A stretch of DNA of 64,000 bases. Origin: Octopus vulgaris (Eukaryota). The notes under the pieces were generated by a model, which did no database searches, was not told the DNA's origin, and worked only from the letters and a program-made list of their open reading frames with translations. This document shows, in pieces, positions 51,657 to 63,835 of this stretch. The position numbers and the translations under genes were made by a program. Position 1 is the first letter of the stretch; every line of letters begins with the position of its first letter. The DNA is taken from contig OX597817.1 of assembly GCA_951406725.2 (NCBI GenBank), positions 150,970,001-151,034,000 on the forward strand, in the 5' to 3' direction.

Positions 51657-53582
51657 CTAGCAGAGACCCCTGGCATTGCTCGGGATTAAAATGGCATAGT
51701 TTGTATATAATATATTAGAGTTATGTTGAAACAGGTGATATGGGAAAGTGCAGCATTGACAGCAAAACATTTGTGGAATAAATGACGGGCTAATTCGACT
51801 AGGCAACATGCTATGTGTCTGTTTGGAGTATTTCAGACCCTAACCTGTGGGGGTTATGCGATTTTTGAATGCACTGAGAAGCTGTCAGTGGATATACTCT
51901 CTTTTGCAGCAGTTGGCACTGTGTCTAACATGACCCATCATCTGAAATGTTGACACCTCCTTCGGGTTTGTTGTCCTACATCACTCATAAAGTAAATTTG
52001 GAGGAACTGTGGTTGTTCATTTGTGGGTAACAGGGAACCAATGAGGTGATAGACTTGCCCTTGAACGTTGACGTCGTCGTAAATTCATGTTTATCTATCT
52101 TCTTAGATGCACCAGACGATGTCATCTGCAGAGTTGTATTGTCTGATATTGTTCAGAAAATCCTTTGACTGGACAGAAATGATCAATAAGAGGTTGAGAA
52201 GGAGCTGGTAGTGCTGGCAATGTTACCTGACCGCCTGAGCAGCACACACCATTTGTTTCATTTGAAAATTTTAAAGCTCTACAGAAAAGACAATGTGTTT
52301 AGTACACCAATTTGGACAGAGTTATTATTTTTATAAGAATGGGATGGATCATATCTGAAACAGCTTCAGAAGTTGTGAAGAACGAATTTGTACATAGTCT
52401 GTTTCTGAGAGCTACTCTATTGGACCTCTGTCTAATCATTAAAACATTGATTTAATGATCCAGCATTAAGTGCTGCAACATGCATTTGCTGATGTTGAGA
52501 AAATTTCATCTCGCCTTCAGTTTTCTACAATCCTCCTTGCTTTATACTTGTTTCTGGAGGGATTACGTCTTTTCTTTGGTAGCATATTTTTCCCAATATT
52601 GTAAACAAAAAATTATGACCATAGAAAGAAATTATACATTAATCCCTATTTTTGTAAGCAGTTGTATCCATAAAAATTTTAATTCAAAAGAGCAGAAATT
52701 GAAAGAAGATAAAGTGAAGAGAACAGAGAAAGAAAGTGAATGATGTATGTATGTCTATATGATATGGACGTGTGTGTGTGCGTGCGTGCATGTGCATTCC
52801 TGTGTATGTGAGAGAGAAAGAGAGTGAGAAAGAGAGATAGAGTGAGTGAGGGAAGTTGGGTATCATGATGATTGATGTCTTTTAAGGTACACACACAGAA
52901 AATGTGACGTAATCGTATAAAATTTTTACTATAGTTGTGATTTATGGAAAAGATTGTTAAACTTTTGATATGCAAATATGTGAATGAAAATTAAGTTTAA
53001 TTTGTAGCCAAAATAATGCTGAATCTTTTGATACCCCACACGTCAAAATCTGTAACTCGGTTTTGGAAAGCATTAGGAATATATAATATCAATGAGGCAG
53101 ACCTCTACATGGTAGCTAGAACTAGTAGCAGCCAAATCTCCCTCAAAACACCCTACTGTCTTAATCCGACAATTAAGAGTCAATGTAGTTTGAATGAGAA
53201 ACTGTAACTAAAGATTAAGATTATTAACCCCATAGAGAGAGGAAAGAAGAGAGACAGCATAGCGACGGTTTTGGCTGACCGTCATCCTGTACTCCCCTTG
53301 TTGCTAGCGAAACGGTATATGCTGGCTGTCTGAGCAACTGGTTGTTTTAATTGCGGAACAAACAGGACATTAAAGATTGCATTGATAATTCTTTTGTAGT
53401 TCTATCCAGCTTATCATCGATTCTCACTGTGAAACTAATGATTTTGAAAATCGTTTTAGATTATGGAACTCCCAGCTCTCTCATGTATCCTTGTTTAAAA
53501 TTTCAGCACGATCAGATGAACAATACTCAAGTTATAAGCGCACAAACAGACAGACAGACGGAATAGATTTTATATGTTAAGA
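51657..53582 (-). mobile_element. Internally deleted Helitron with Rep N-terminal remnant
   Basis: A|TC 5' end at 53582; hairpin CCCGAGCAATGCCAGGG then CTAG|T at 51657; 51930-52250 translates CCSGGQVTLP...FLNNIRQYNSA..MTS...VQGQVYHLIGSLLP...QFLQIYF. Confidence 0.85.
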
Positions 53583-53614
53583 TATCAAAATAAGCAACAG
53601 GATATCAAGAAGTG

Positions 53615-53702
53615 ATGCAGTACAACTGTTTCAGGCAGCTCCATTTAATTGAACAATGCAACCATTACATCAATTTAAATGCAGGGCTATCATCAGCTGC
53701 AC
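53615..53702 (-). ncRNA. Type-I hammerhead ribozyme motif (degenerate, Penelope-type)
   Basis: TGCAG-CTGATGA-[long stem II]-GAAAC-AGTT-GTA-CTGCA: stem I TGCAG/CTGCA, intact core, GUA cleavage triplet; base of stem II imperfect. Confidence 0.7.
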
Positions 53703-55682
53703 AAATAAATAGAATATTAACCAGTTGGACACGTTAATATAATTCTTCTCAAATACTTTAACAGAGCACGAGGATGGAAGAAATCCATGTTATCACTATT
53801 GTAGCTAAGAATAGACTACACTTCCAAGAATGGCATGAAGTCCACTGGGGTCATAACTTGTAAAGGATTGTGGTTCATTTCTAATTTATTTCTCTTTTTA
53901 TCAACTACTAAATCTAAGACTAGAGGACTGTGTCTGTTTAGAATGAAGGGCAAGTGTGAGTTGAGAGCTCATGGCTAGGTATGGTCATAAATATCGTCAT
54001 ATGTATCCCTTTTCCTCAGGGAGGGAAGAAGACATTAGGAGTAGTAAGTTGGATATAGAGTAACTGTCTATAAAAGGAGGCTAGGTACTGGAAGACTCTG
54101 AATCATGATGTTAATTATCGGTTAAAGGGGGAAGACGCTAATAAAACACATACACACATATAGATAGTTTGGAAAATTTGGTATTAAACTTTGATTCCGA
54201 AGAAATGTTCAGTTCTGTTGGTTCCTTAAATGGTTTTCTTTCATCTATTCATACCAAAGGTACTTAGAATGCAACTCTTAATGCAAAAGACTTGTTATAG
54301 CCAAAGTTGAAAAAAAAAAAAAAAGGTTCATAATCTTTCTAAGCTCATCATATTGCAATAAATAAATATGGCCAGACGTTATGTGTGAAAAGTGTCAGTA
54401 GCAATGTCAGGGGACAGTCGGCCCTGTAGTCAGTGTATCAGTACGACTATTTGTAATGTTTTTTAGATAGACAAAAGAACTAGAGCTATTATGAACCGTT
54501 AAGAATTTACCGCTAGTGATATATTTATTTGGAATAAATTTTTTTAACTTTGAGAGGGTTCTTGTTCTTCAACTTATGAATACACTCTGTTAAGTATTTG
54601 ACATTAGAAAAGGTATCCAGCTGTAGAAACCATGCCAGAGCAGACATCAGAGCTTGGTGCCGTCTTCTGACTTGCCGGTTCCTGTCAAACCGTCCTACCC
54701 ATTCCAGTATGGAAAACGGACGTTAAATATATTTCTTTACTACTCACAAGGGGTTAAACACAGAGGGGACAAACAAGGACAGACAAACGGAATCGACCCC
54801 AGTGCGTAACTGGTACTTTATTTATCGACCCCGAAAGGATGAAAGGCAAAGTCGACCTCGGCAGAATTTGAACACCGAACGTAACGGCAGACGAAATACG
54901 GCTACGCATTTCGCCCGGCGTGCTAACGTTTCTGCCAGCTCGCCGCCTTAAACGGACGTTAAATAATGATGGAGAATGTATGTTTTCACACAATTTTGAA
55001 ATGGAATTAAAATCGAAATAATTGACTGTGCAATGTGTGTGTCTGCTTCCTTTGGTTTAAGCAACCATAAGAGACATATCGTAACTTTCTTTTCCTTTCC
55101 TCATAAGTATAAACGTATTTTTGTCACAGGCAAACAAATATGTCAAGTAGACGATTCCAGTGTTTAAAATGGCGTCTTCGTTAGGCACCCTTTTACTGTA
55201 ATACAATTCCTAGGCTGATATTGTAAATAGAAACTGAATGAGTAAAAAGAGCAAAGAATTTAGTAGTTTCTTTGAATTGTGTTTAAAAGAATTGGCTTTA
55301 AGAAACATAACTCTCGATAACGCACATGTGTTATCTCCCTTGAAGTGATTCTATGCTAGTAAGATGAAGTCTAGAAGTTAAGATAACAGACGTAGATGTG
55401 TGTTCGTCGCTACTTCGTATTCCCTCAAGCATATCGTCGTGTCCGTTCCTGGATCTGTAATTTTAATTATTACTTGTATGATATAGAGGCATGCTTAATA
55501 TTTAATTATGATTATTTCATTTATTGACTGATACTAATTGACTCTTAACTGAAAACTTGCTATTGTATACTATATTCATTGCTGCTTGCAAAATCCATTT
55601 GTTAATTTTGGCTGTTCTATTGGAGAGTAAGTAAACAAAGTTGAACGAGAGAGAGAGAACCCTTGTAAAATTATATTTTATA

Positions 55683-56076
55683 CTAGCAGTTTTGCTTGGC
55701 GTTGCTCGGGTTTGTTTCGACCCTTTAGAATTGGAATTTTGAAAAGTAAAAATTTTGCATTATGTAGCTTGTTATTCTCTTTAAGTGAACATTTTTTCTG
55801 GTTGAAATACACTGAAAAATGGCGACACAGCAGTAAAAAAAATCGTAAAATATAGGGATTTTTATAGAAAAAAAAGCATCTTTTTGATGTAAATAACTTT
55901 TGGTGTTAACATGGTCTGATTTGAATTTTTTCTTCTACGGAAGGAAGAGCAAGCCTTCTTCTATCATACTCTCAATTTTAGTCAACTTGTGCCGCAGGGT
56001 CTCGGAGGAGATAGTGTTAGTTGAAGGCTACAAAACCTGCAATACACAGACAACTTCAGCTGTATATATATAGAGA
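55683..56076 (-). mobile_element. Non-autonomous Helitron
   Basis: TC 5' end; CCCGAGCAACGCC hairpin and CTAG 3' end; A|T target; same 3' terminus family as 51657. Confidence 0.75.
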
Positions 56077-56693
56077 TTTGAAAATTATTACAAAAATTAC
56101 AGATTGGGGTATTTTATTTTGTAGTGAAATTAATTCTAGGCATTAAGATCCCTACCCTTTTTTTTTTTGCCAGGGAAGAAATATTTTTAGTTATCATGCG
56201 AGAATACTGGGATTTCAATTCAGTTCATTACTATTTTTTAATATTCCCTAGTCTTTCTCTCGATATGTTTGTTAGCACCTGATGTAACTAATTGTGACAT
56301 GTTGCCTAATTGTAGATAGATTTTACATTAAATTAAAAAGTCAAACTTTCACTAAACCTTATCAAATACAACCTTGACTATCAATCTAGAAGAAATTATA
56401 AATTTGGGAAAGTATTAAGCTTCCAAAATTACCTGTTCCAAATAACATGTTAGATCTAAGATTTGTTCAGTTAACATAATTATCTTAAGAATTCATGGAT
56501 TAACACTAATTTTGTTAAACAATATATAATTATTGTCTGATTAATATAGTGATCCAATGTACAATTATTTTGACTAGACTGAGAACAATGAATATAGTTT
56601 ATCAATTAATATGTGTGAAAACTGAAATATTTATTAAAACTTTATGAAGGTTGTTATTTCATGTTGTTGATTAATTATCTGTTTTCGTTTCAG

Positions 56694-56755
56694 AGGAGAA
56701 AATCCTGAAGTGACTGGTGTAATTTGCACTGACCAACATGGTCTCTGCCTTGGAG
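56694..56755 (+). CDS. LAMTOR5: LAMTOR5 coding exon 2 (GENPEVTGVICTDQHGLCLG)
   Basis: tttcag acceptor, GTAAGT donor, 62 nt; matches the LAMTOR5 motif NPSIVGVLCTDSQGLNLG. Confidence 0.95.
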
Positions 56756-56884
56756 GTAAGTCCCATCTCTCAGTCTCATCCTACTTCTGTCTGTCTGTCT
56801 GTCTGTCTGTCTACATTATGTATCCAACTACTTGTTCCTTCCTTTTGCTATTTCTCATTTTCCCTACCTCCTTTATATGAATCT

Positions 56885-57185
56885 ATTCATCTCCCCATCC
56901 TCTTTATGTAAATATCCCCATCTCCCCACCCTATTTATGTAAATATCCCGATATCCCCCATCTCCCCACCCTCTCTATGTAAATATCCTCCATCTCCCCA
57001 CCCTCTCTATGTAAATATTCCCCATCTCCACACCCTCTTTATGTAAATATCCCCCATCTCCACACCCTCTCTATGTAAATATTACCCATCTCCACACCCT
57101 CTTTATGTAAATATCTCCCATCTCCCCACCCTTTTTATGTAAATCCTCATACCCCATCCTTTTTATGCAAATTTACCCATTTCCC
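56885..57185 (+). repeat. Minisatellite, ~31-bp unit (catctccccaccctctttatgtaaatatccc), about 9 copies
   Basis: Directly visible tandem array filling most of LAMTOR5 intron 2. Confidence 0.9.
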
Positions 57186-57243
57186 ACCTGTTTATAAACA
57201 TTTCTTTATGAAAACACTGATGTTTGATATTCTTTACTTTTAG

Positions 57244-57361
57244 TGAAAGGAAACCTGTCAACATGCCATGCTGGTCTAATTACATCCCTTGCTCATTGTG
57301 GTCGTTCGTTACGGCAAGATGAAACTCATTCACCTGTAATCACAATGGAATCTGAAGGAGG
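57244..57361 (+). CDS. LAMTOR5: LAMTOR5 coding exon 3 (VKGNLSTCHAGLITSLAHCGRSLRQDETHSPVITMESEG)
   Basis: ttttag acceptor, GTATGT donor, 118 nt; matches RGTLSDEHAGVISVLA...PVVCLESDNG. Confidence 0.95.
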
Positions 57362-57831
57362 GTATGTAGTTAATCCAGAATACTAGAGTTGGTAATCCAG
57401 AATGCTAGAGTTGATAATCATCTTCATCATTATTTAACGCCTGTTTTGCATGCTGGCATGGGTTGGATGGTTTGACACGAAGCTGGGGAGCTGTCCAGAC
57501 TCCAGTTGTCTGTCATGGCATGGTTTCTATGGCTGGATGCTCTTCCTAATGCCAACCACTTCACAGAGTGTGCTGAGTGCCTTTTACATGCCACTAGAAC
57601 AGGTGCATTTATGCAGCACTGGCATGGGCACTTTTTATGTGGCACCAGCACCTGACAGGACAAGCCAACATATATGGAAGACAGCGATTTTACTTAGCTT
57701 GTTACGTCTTTTCAAGTATAGCAAATTGCCACATTTGCTGTACTTAAAGATTCATCAAGCTAAATAAAATTGCTGTCTTCTATACATATAAGCTTATCCT
57801 TTCAGGTGATAGAGAATATTAAAAAAAATAT

Positions 57832-58250
57832 AATAATATAATAATAATAATAATGAAATTATTGTATACAGTGCTCAGGTGTACCACAACTTGTCAAAAA
57901 TGTGTATAAAGCGTATGCATTAATGTACAAATGTCTGGGAATTGAACAGTATATGAGTCAGATACATGCTTGCGTGTGTATGGAGGGGAGAAAATCAGGT
58001 GTAGTGTTGGCGAATCTCAGGAAGCATGGAAGTTTTGAAGGATGCAGTGCTCCGACAACTAACAACTGATGCAGGCAGTTTGTTCCATGCTTCAGCAACT
58101 CTTAGTGTGAAAAAATGTTTCCGAAAGTCATGGGAGCTGCGCTGTTTTCTGACTTTGTTAACATGTCCATGGGTATTAGACAGGTGAAGTTTGAAAAGGT
58201 GCTCAGAGTTATTGTTTGTAAGATGGTTAATAATTTTATGGGTGTCTGCC
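57832..58250 (-). mobile_element. CR1-type LINE 3' end (same family as 61320)
   Basis: FRKHFFTLRVAEAWNKLPASVV and the same tail; further degenerate pieces near 9695-9960, 24480-24540, 32905-32940 and 63195-63380. Confidence 0.8.
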
Positions 58251-58836
58251 CAGGGATAAAAACTAGAGGATATTTTCAGTTTACAGTAGTTTTATCTTGC
58301 TTTGTTCTGAGTTTATAGTATAAAGATGGAGTTCAACTGTTGACCTTATAGAGTCAATAAAAACATATTGGTAATATACTGGAGTTGATTCAACCCGTTG
58401 TATATTATTTAGCTAATCCTTTGACAACCCACAGGTGTCCATAGTGCCAGTATTCATCTCCAGCAACTGTACCCTGTAAAAAGCACCTGTGTCAGTGCTA
58501 CATGTAAAGCACCCGGTACACTCTGTAAAGTGGTTGGTATTAGGAAGGGTATCAAGCTGTAAAAACCAAGCCAAGACAGACTATGGAACCTGGTGTGGCC
58601 TATGATGATGATGAGTTCCTCTCGTGTCAAATGGCTGAGAGAGAATGCATGGTTCTAATATTCATAGCATCTCAGCTTCTGCTGATATGCATCACTTTTT
58701 CACCTAGTGATCATCAATGTACATCACTTATCCATGCCTGCTTACAGTGGTTGATAACTTCCATAGCCAGCTGGTCTGTCTCTCAGCTTCACTTCCAGTT
58801 GCTCTTTGATGCCAGTTAGTATTACGTATTCAGCAT

Positions 58837-59032
58837 CTCTTTTACTTGTTTCAGTCATGTGACTGTGGCCATGCTGGAGCACTGCCTTTAGTCGAGCAAA
58901 TCGACCCCAGGACTTATTCTTTGTAAGCCTAGTATTTATTCTTTTGGTCTCCTTTGCTGAACTGCTAGGTTACAGGGACATACACGCACCAGCATCAGTT
59001 GTCAAGCGATGTTGGGGGGACAAACACATATG

Positions 59033-59078
<46 letters not shown>

Positions 59079-59243
59079 CATGTATATGATGGGCTTCTTT
59101 CAGTTTCTGTCTACCAAATCCACTCACAAGGCTTTGGTCGGCCCAAGGCTATAGTAGAGGACACTTACCCAAGGTGCCACGCAGTGGGACTGAACCCGGA
59201 ACCATGTGGTTGGTAAGCAAGCTACTTACCACACAGCCACTCC
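58837..59243 (-). mobile_element. SINE family A copy (LAMTOR5 intron 3)
   Basis: Full-length match, reverse orientation. Confidence 0.85.
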
Positions 59244-59689
59244 AATGCCAAAAATTCATCACAGTGCAACATTGCATACATTTCAAATAGTTGTCTCCCT
59301 GAACAACTTCTTGATCTTCTATCTTGATCTCAATCAGTCTGAGACTGCCCTTAGTTCTTTGTTTTAAAATGATCTAAATTTAAATGTTTCAAAATTTCAT
59401 GTTGTTGTGGTAGCAGTTGACATATTTTGAAATTCCTTCTTTCCTAAACGGTATCGAAACAAGATTTTTAACTTTTAATATTCTAATTCTATAATTCAAA
59501 TGAGTGCACAATCTCTTAAGCAAGTATTTTGGTTCATGATTTGGTTTGTTTATGTTGCTTATAATATTCAGGAATGCTTAATGCTTGAGTAAACATAATT
59601 AAGAGATACAATTGTGGCTATATGGCAAAAACTGTATTTTCAGTTTATGACTAAAGCTTTCATATCTGGAAAGAAAATGCCAAAACAAT

Positions 59690-60068
59690 GTATGTGATCA
59701 TATTCCAGATCCTTATGTAGCTGGGGGAACATCATAGCCATGTGTTGAGAAGAATCCTTTGTGGTTTGAATAATTCACCTCTGGAAACAACGGTGTTTCA
59801 TTCATCATCCTGAAACAAACCTTATTTTGAGTGGGATGCGCTATCCAACCTGAAGAAAATTCTAACTGGGTCCCACCTGCAAGGTCATGCGTTGTTTATC
59901 TTGATATGAAATCACCATGTCGTGCACATATGGTTGTGATGCATGTGCCTGGTGTACCCTTATTAGACAGGTAGTCATGATGGGTATATTGGGCTTTGTA
60001 TATTTGTGCCCCAATATATCTTTGATGGCATGCCTTGTTCTCTTACTCAATAATGATAATAATAATAA
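59690..60068 (+). repeat. Unclassified retroposon-like segment ending in (AAT)n
   Basis: Higher-GC island ending caataatgataataataataa, ~65 nt upstream of the exon 4 acceptor. Confidence 0.35.
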
Positions 60069-60133
60069 AGAGACAGACTTCACACCACCAATTTCTTAAA
60101 TGTAATTAGTTATTTTCTTTCTTCTCATTGCAG

Positions 60134-60209
60134 ACAAATATTGATGCTAAAAAGTACAGAAAATGTCTCATTTGGTATCATGAAAACAGCACCACAGAGC
60201 TGGCATTAA
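60134..60209 (+). CDS. LAMTOR5: LAMTOR5 coding exon 4 (GQILMLKSTENVSFGIMKTAPQSWH*)
   Basis: Long pyrimidine tract plus ttgcag acceptor; in frame; TAA at 60207-60209; aligns to NIMIQKHDGITVAVHK. Total CDS 291 nt = 96 aa + stop. Confidence 0.92.
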
Positions 60210-60696
60210 TCTTAAATTTTGTAATGAACCAGAATCTAAAAGAGTTTTTTTTTTTAATCCCTTCAAAATTGCAATGTGGACACTTTTCTGGTTTATGTAA
60301 AATATAATTTGTAAAACTCAAATACTTATGAAAAAATGTTATTATTTGAGGTGAGCTTTTTTTTTTGAAAAATAAGCATCAATATGTAATTATGGCATAT
60401 ATTAAAATATAAGCATCTTATTTGCCATTGAAGACTGACATACTGTAGTAGTAGTGCACATATTGTGCATTTCTACTGCTATTGTCTTTTAATTATCTTT
60501 TCTAAATTATGTATGTTTTCTTTATTAATGCTCTATAAAAACATAAAATTTATAAATGCTATCAAACTATTATATTTTTATCTTTTCATTCCACATTCTA
60601 TCAATGCTATTATCCAACAACCATTATGTAATGCTATTTATCCAATGCTATTATCCAACAGCTTCTTTCTATTCAAAGCAGTGCAAGGTTCTCTGG

Positions 60697-60702
60697 AATA
60701 AA
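60697..60702 (+). terminator. Candidate polyadenylation signal of LAMTOR5
   Basis: AATAAA ~490 nt after the stop; an ATTAAA also occurs at 60401. Confidence 0.4.
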
Positions 60703-61319
60703 AGACAAACCTTCTTTAACCCTTTTGATACCAACCTGTCTGAAACTACCCTTTGTTCTATGATATAAGCTTCCTATTTTGAAGCAACCTCAATTGAAAC
60801 CTTAGCATCAGCTGATTAAAAACAGTTATTTTAATAAATTTTTCATTATTTCCAAAATTCATTGAAATGAAAGCAGTTTATTTCCATAGAAATGTGGTAG
60901 GGTCTCCTCCTACCGAGCATACTTGGGGTATTCTTTTACTTCTTCGAACTAGAAGTAATAACTGGAACAACCCGGGGTCGGGGGTGGTGGTGATATTTAA
61001 TTTATTTCATTTCATTTCATTTCATTTCCCTGGCTTTCTCTCTCCATGGATGGGTGAGTTGGGCATCACCACTCTCATTTGCCTTTTGTTGTTGTGACGT
61101 GCGTTTAGCTGTTACCTTAGAAAATTATTTCCCTAAGTTTTTTTTTTTTAATATATCCTCATTTACGCCTTTTATATCTCTAAGTGTTTTCAGCAAGGTA
61201 TTGAAAAACAGTGAGCCACTGTACCTTAAGATGTTACAGTATTGGGTCCTTACACCACATAGAGAGACTAGGATTAAACAACACATTCCTTTTTAGAGTT
61301 ACTTCCCCTATCGGAAACT

Positions 61320-61650
61320 AATAATAATAATAATAATAAACATTGTGTACAGTGCTCAGGTGCACTACAACTCATCTAAAGTGCATATATAATCAGGTGT
61401 AGTTTCGACGGATTTCGGAAAGCATGAATGGCTTTAAAGGATGCAGTGTCATGGCAGTCAACATCTGACGCAGGCAGTTTATTCCATGCTTCAGCAACTC
61501 TGAGCGTGAAGAAATGTTTCCGAAAGTCATGGGAGCTGTGTTGTTTTCTGACTTTGTAGGCATGTCCACGTGTGTTAGACACATGGAGATCAAAAAGGTG
61601 TTCAGTGTTGTTATTGGTGAGGTGGTTGACAACTTTGTGGGTGTTTACCA
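61320..61650 (-). mobile_element. CR1-type LINE 3' end
   Basis: NTRGHAYKVRKQHSSHDFRKHFFTLRVAEAWNKLP plus gcacctgagcactg stem and (TTA)n tail. Confidence 0.85.
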
Positions 61651-62102
61651 AGTGCTAGTCACACTTCCCATATTGTGAGCTACACACAAGGTAGCTGACT
61701 TCTGCCTGTATGGTCGATCTGCCATAATTTTTGTCTGCTCCTGTCTAACTGGCTCTTGTGGGCTTGAGGTCTTCCTTGAATGTTTGGTGGCAGGCGTTCT
61801 TGGACTGGCCATTTATTTTACTGTATTCCTTCTTTTGGGGTCAATGGTATTACAGTTTTTGCTTGTCTGACTTGCAACTGCAAACACATGATATACTTAG
61901 GCAAAATTGACCAGGGCCATGATATTTTGTGGTAGCTAGGATTTGCATTTGTAACATAAAGTTGGACTCATTCCTTACTTAACATTTGCAACTTCTTTTC
62001 TTTTAACATTACTGTGGTCTATAATTGTTGGTCTGTTTTAAAATTCAATTGATTATATTATTCTTAATTATCAAAATTACATTTTCTCTGTTATATGATA
62101 AT

Positions 62103-62480
62103 GGTTTCAAATTTTACCACAAGGACAGCCATTTTGGGGGAGGGGATGTGTCGATTACATCGACCCTAGTGTTCAACTGGTACTTAATTTATCAACCCCG
62201 AAAGGATGAAAGGCAAAGTCGACCTTGGCAGAATTTGAACTCTGAACATAGCGGCAGATAAAATACCTATTTCTTTACTGCCCACAAGGGGCTAAACACA
62301 GAGGGGACAAGCAAGGATGGACAAACGGATTAAGTCGATTATATCGACTCCAGTGTGTAACTGGTACTTAATTTATCGACCCCGAAAGGATGAAAGGCAA
62401 AGCCGACCATTGCAGAATTTGAACTCTGAACGTAGTGGCAGATGAAAAACCGCTAAGCATTTCGCCCGGAGTACTAACGA
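62103..62480 (-). mobile_element. Tandem family-B SINE
   Basis: Junction aaatac|ctatttc at 62261-62273. Confidence 0.8.
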
Positions 62481-63515
62481 TTCTAACAGCTCACGACCTT
62501 ATATGATAATAGAGATAGAGAAAACTATCTTTGAAATTAGAAAATAAAATTTTTTTTTTTTTTTATTATGCAAATTTCTTTATAGTCAGTATTCTCATCA
62601 ACCATCCACACCCTCATTGCAATAGCAACATCAAAACCCATTCACCTACACATACTTTCTTCATAAATTCTGAGATTTTTTTTTGCCATTTATAAGTATC
62701 AATTATTAAGAAATTCTTTAATAAATATTGGTTTTTTAATGTTTTTGAACTTCATTTGGTTTTGTGGAACAGTGTTGCCAAAAATAAAATGATCATTCAT
62801 TTGTTAATGATATAATCTCTATTTGAATTGCTAAGCATATTGTTTCTAATTAAATAACCAAAAAAGGAGACTTTACATAGTTGTTTGGCCTGCTGGAAAT
62901 AACTACCAATTCTCTCCCCAATCACTATCTTAAAAGTAAAGAAACTTCTGAAAAATAAGTGGGTGGATGGTCACAGCCAGCCATTAGTCACTCTTTATTA
63001 GTTGATGGATTTTTTTTTTAGATGTCACATTTGGTGATTAATAGTATCTTTGGATACAGATATTTTGTGGGCCTATTACAAGTTCATTGCATTTAATAAT
63101 GAGCTTATTCTATACAGTGCTCAGAAAAGGGTTAAAAAGGAGACAAAGCAGCGATAAATCAAATAAAAATGGCAGTGATAGCCAAGACTTTATGTGCAAT
63201 GCATAAGACAAAAAAGTGATTAGTAAAAGAAACATAAAGAACAAAAAAAAAAAAGACATAAATGTGTCAGGAGTAGTGATGGTGAATTTTGGGAAGCATG
63301 AACATTTTTAAAGAAAACTGTCCTAACAGTTAATGACTGATAATTTGTTTAGTTTATGCGTCAATAATTGTAATTGTAGGTTCTTGATTTCTAATGGTAA
63401 ATTAAAGTAGGGTACGTACTATGTATAGCAGTTTTATTTGAAAGCACTGGCTTTTGGTTTTTTTTTAATCTTTACATTTTTTAATTAGTATAAAAATAGA
63501 TTTTTTTTTATATAT

Positions 63516-63835
63516 GTGGCTGTGTGGTAAGTAGCTTGCTTACCAACCACATGGTTCTGGGTTCAGTCCCACTGCATGGCACCTTGGGCAAGTGTTATCT
63601 ACTATAGCCTCAGGCCAACAAAAGCCTTGTGAGTGGATTTGGTAGACAGAAACTAAAAGAAGCCCATCCTATATATGCTGGTGTATTTACGTCTCCGTAA
63701 CTTAGCAGTTTGGCAAAAGAGACCGATAGAATAAATACTAGGCTTACAAAGAATAAGTCCTGGGGTTGATTTGCTCAACTAAAGGCGGTGCTCCAGCATG
63801 GTCACAGTCAAATGACTGAAATAAGTAAAAAAGTA
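63516..63835 (+). mobile_element. SINE family A copy
   Basis: Match with a central deletion. Confidence 0.8.
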
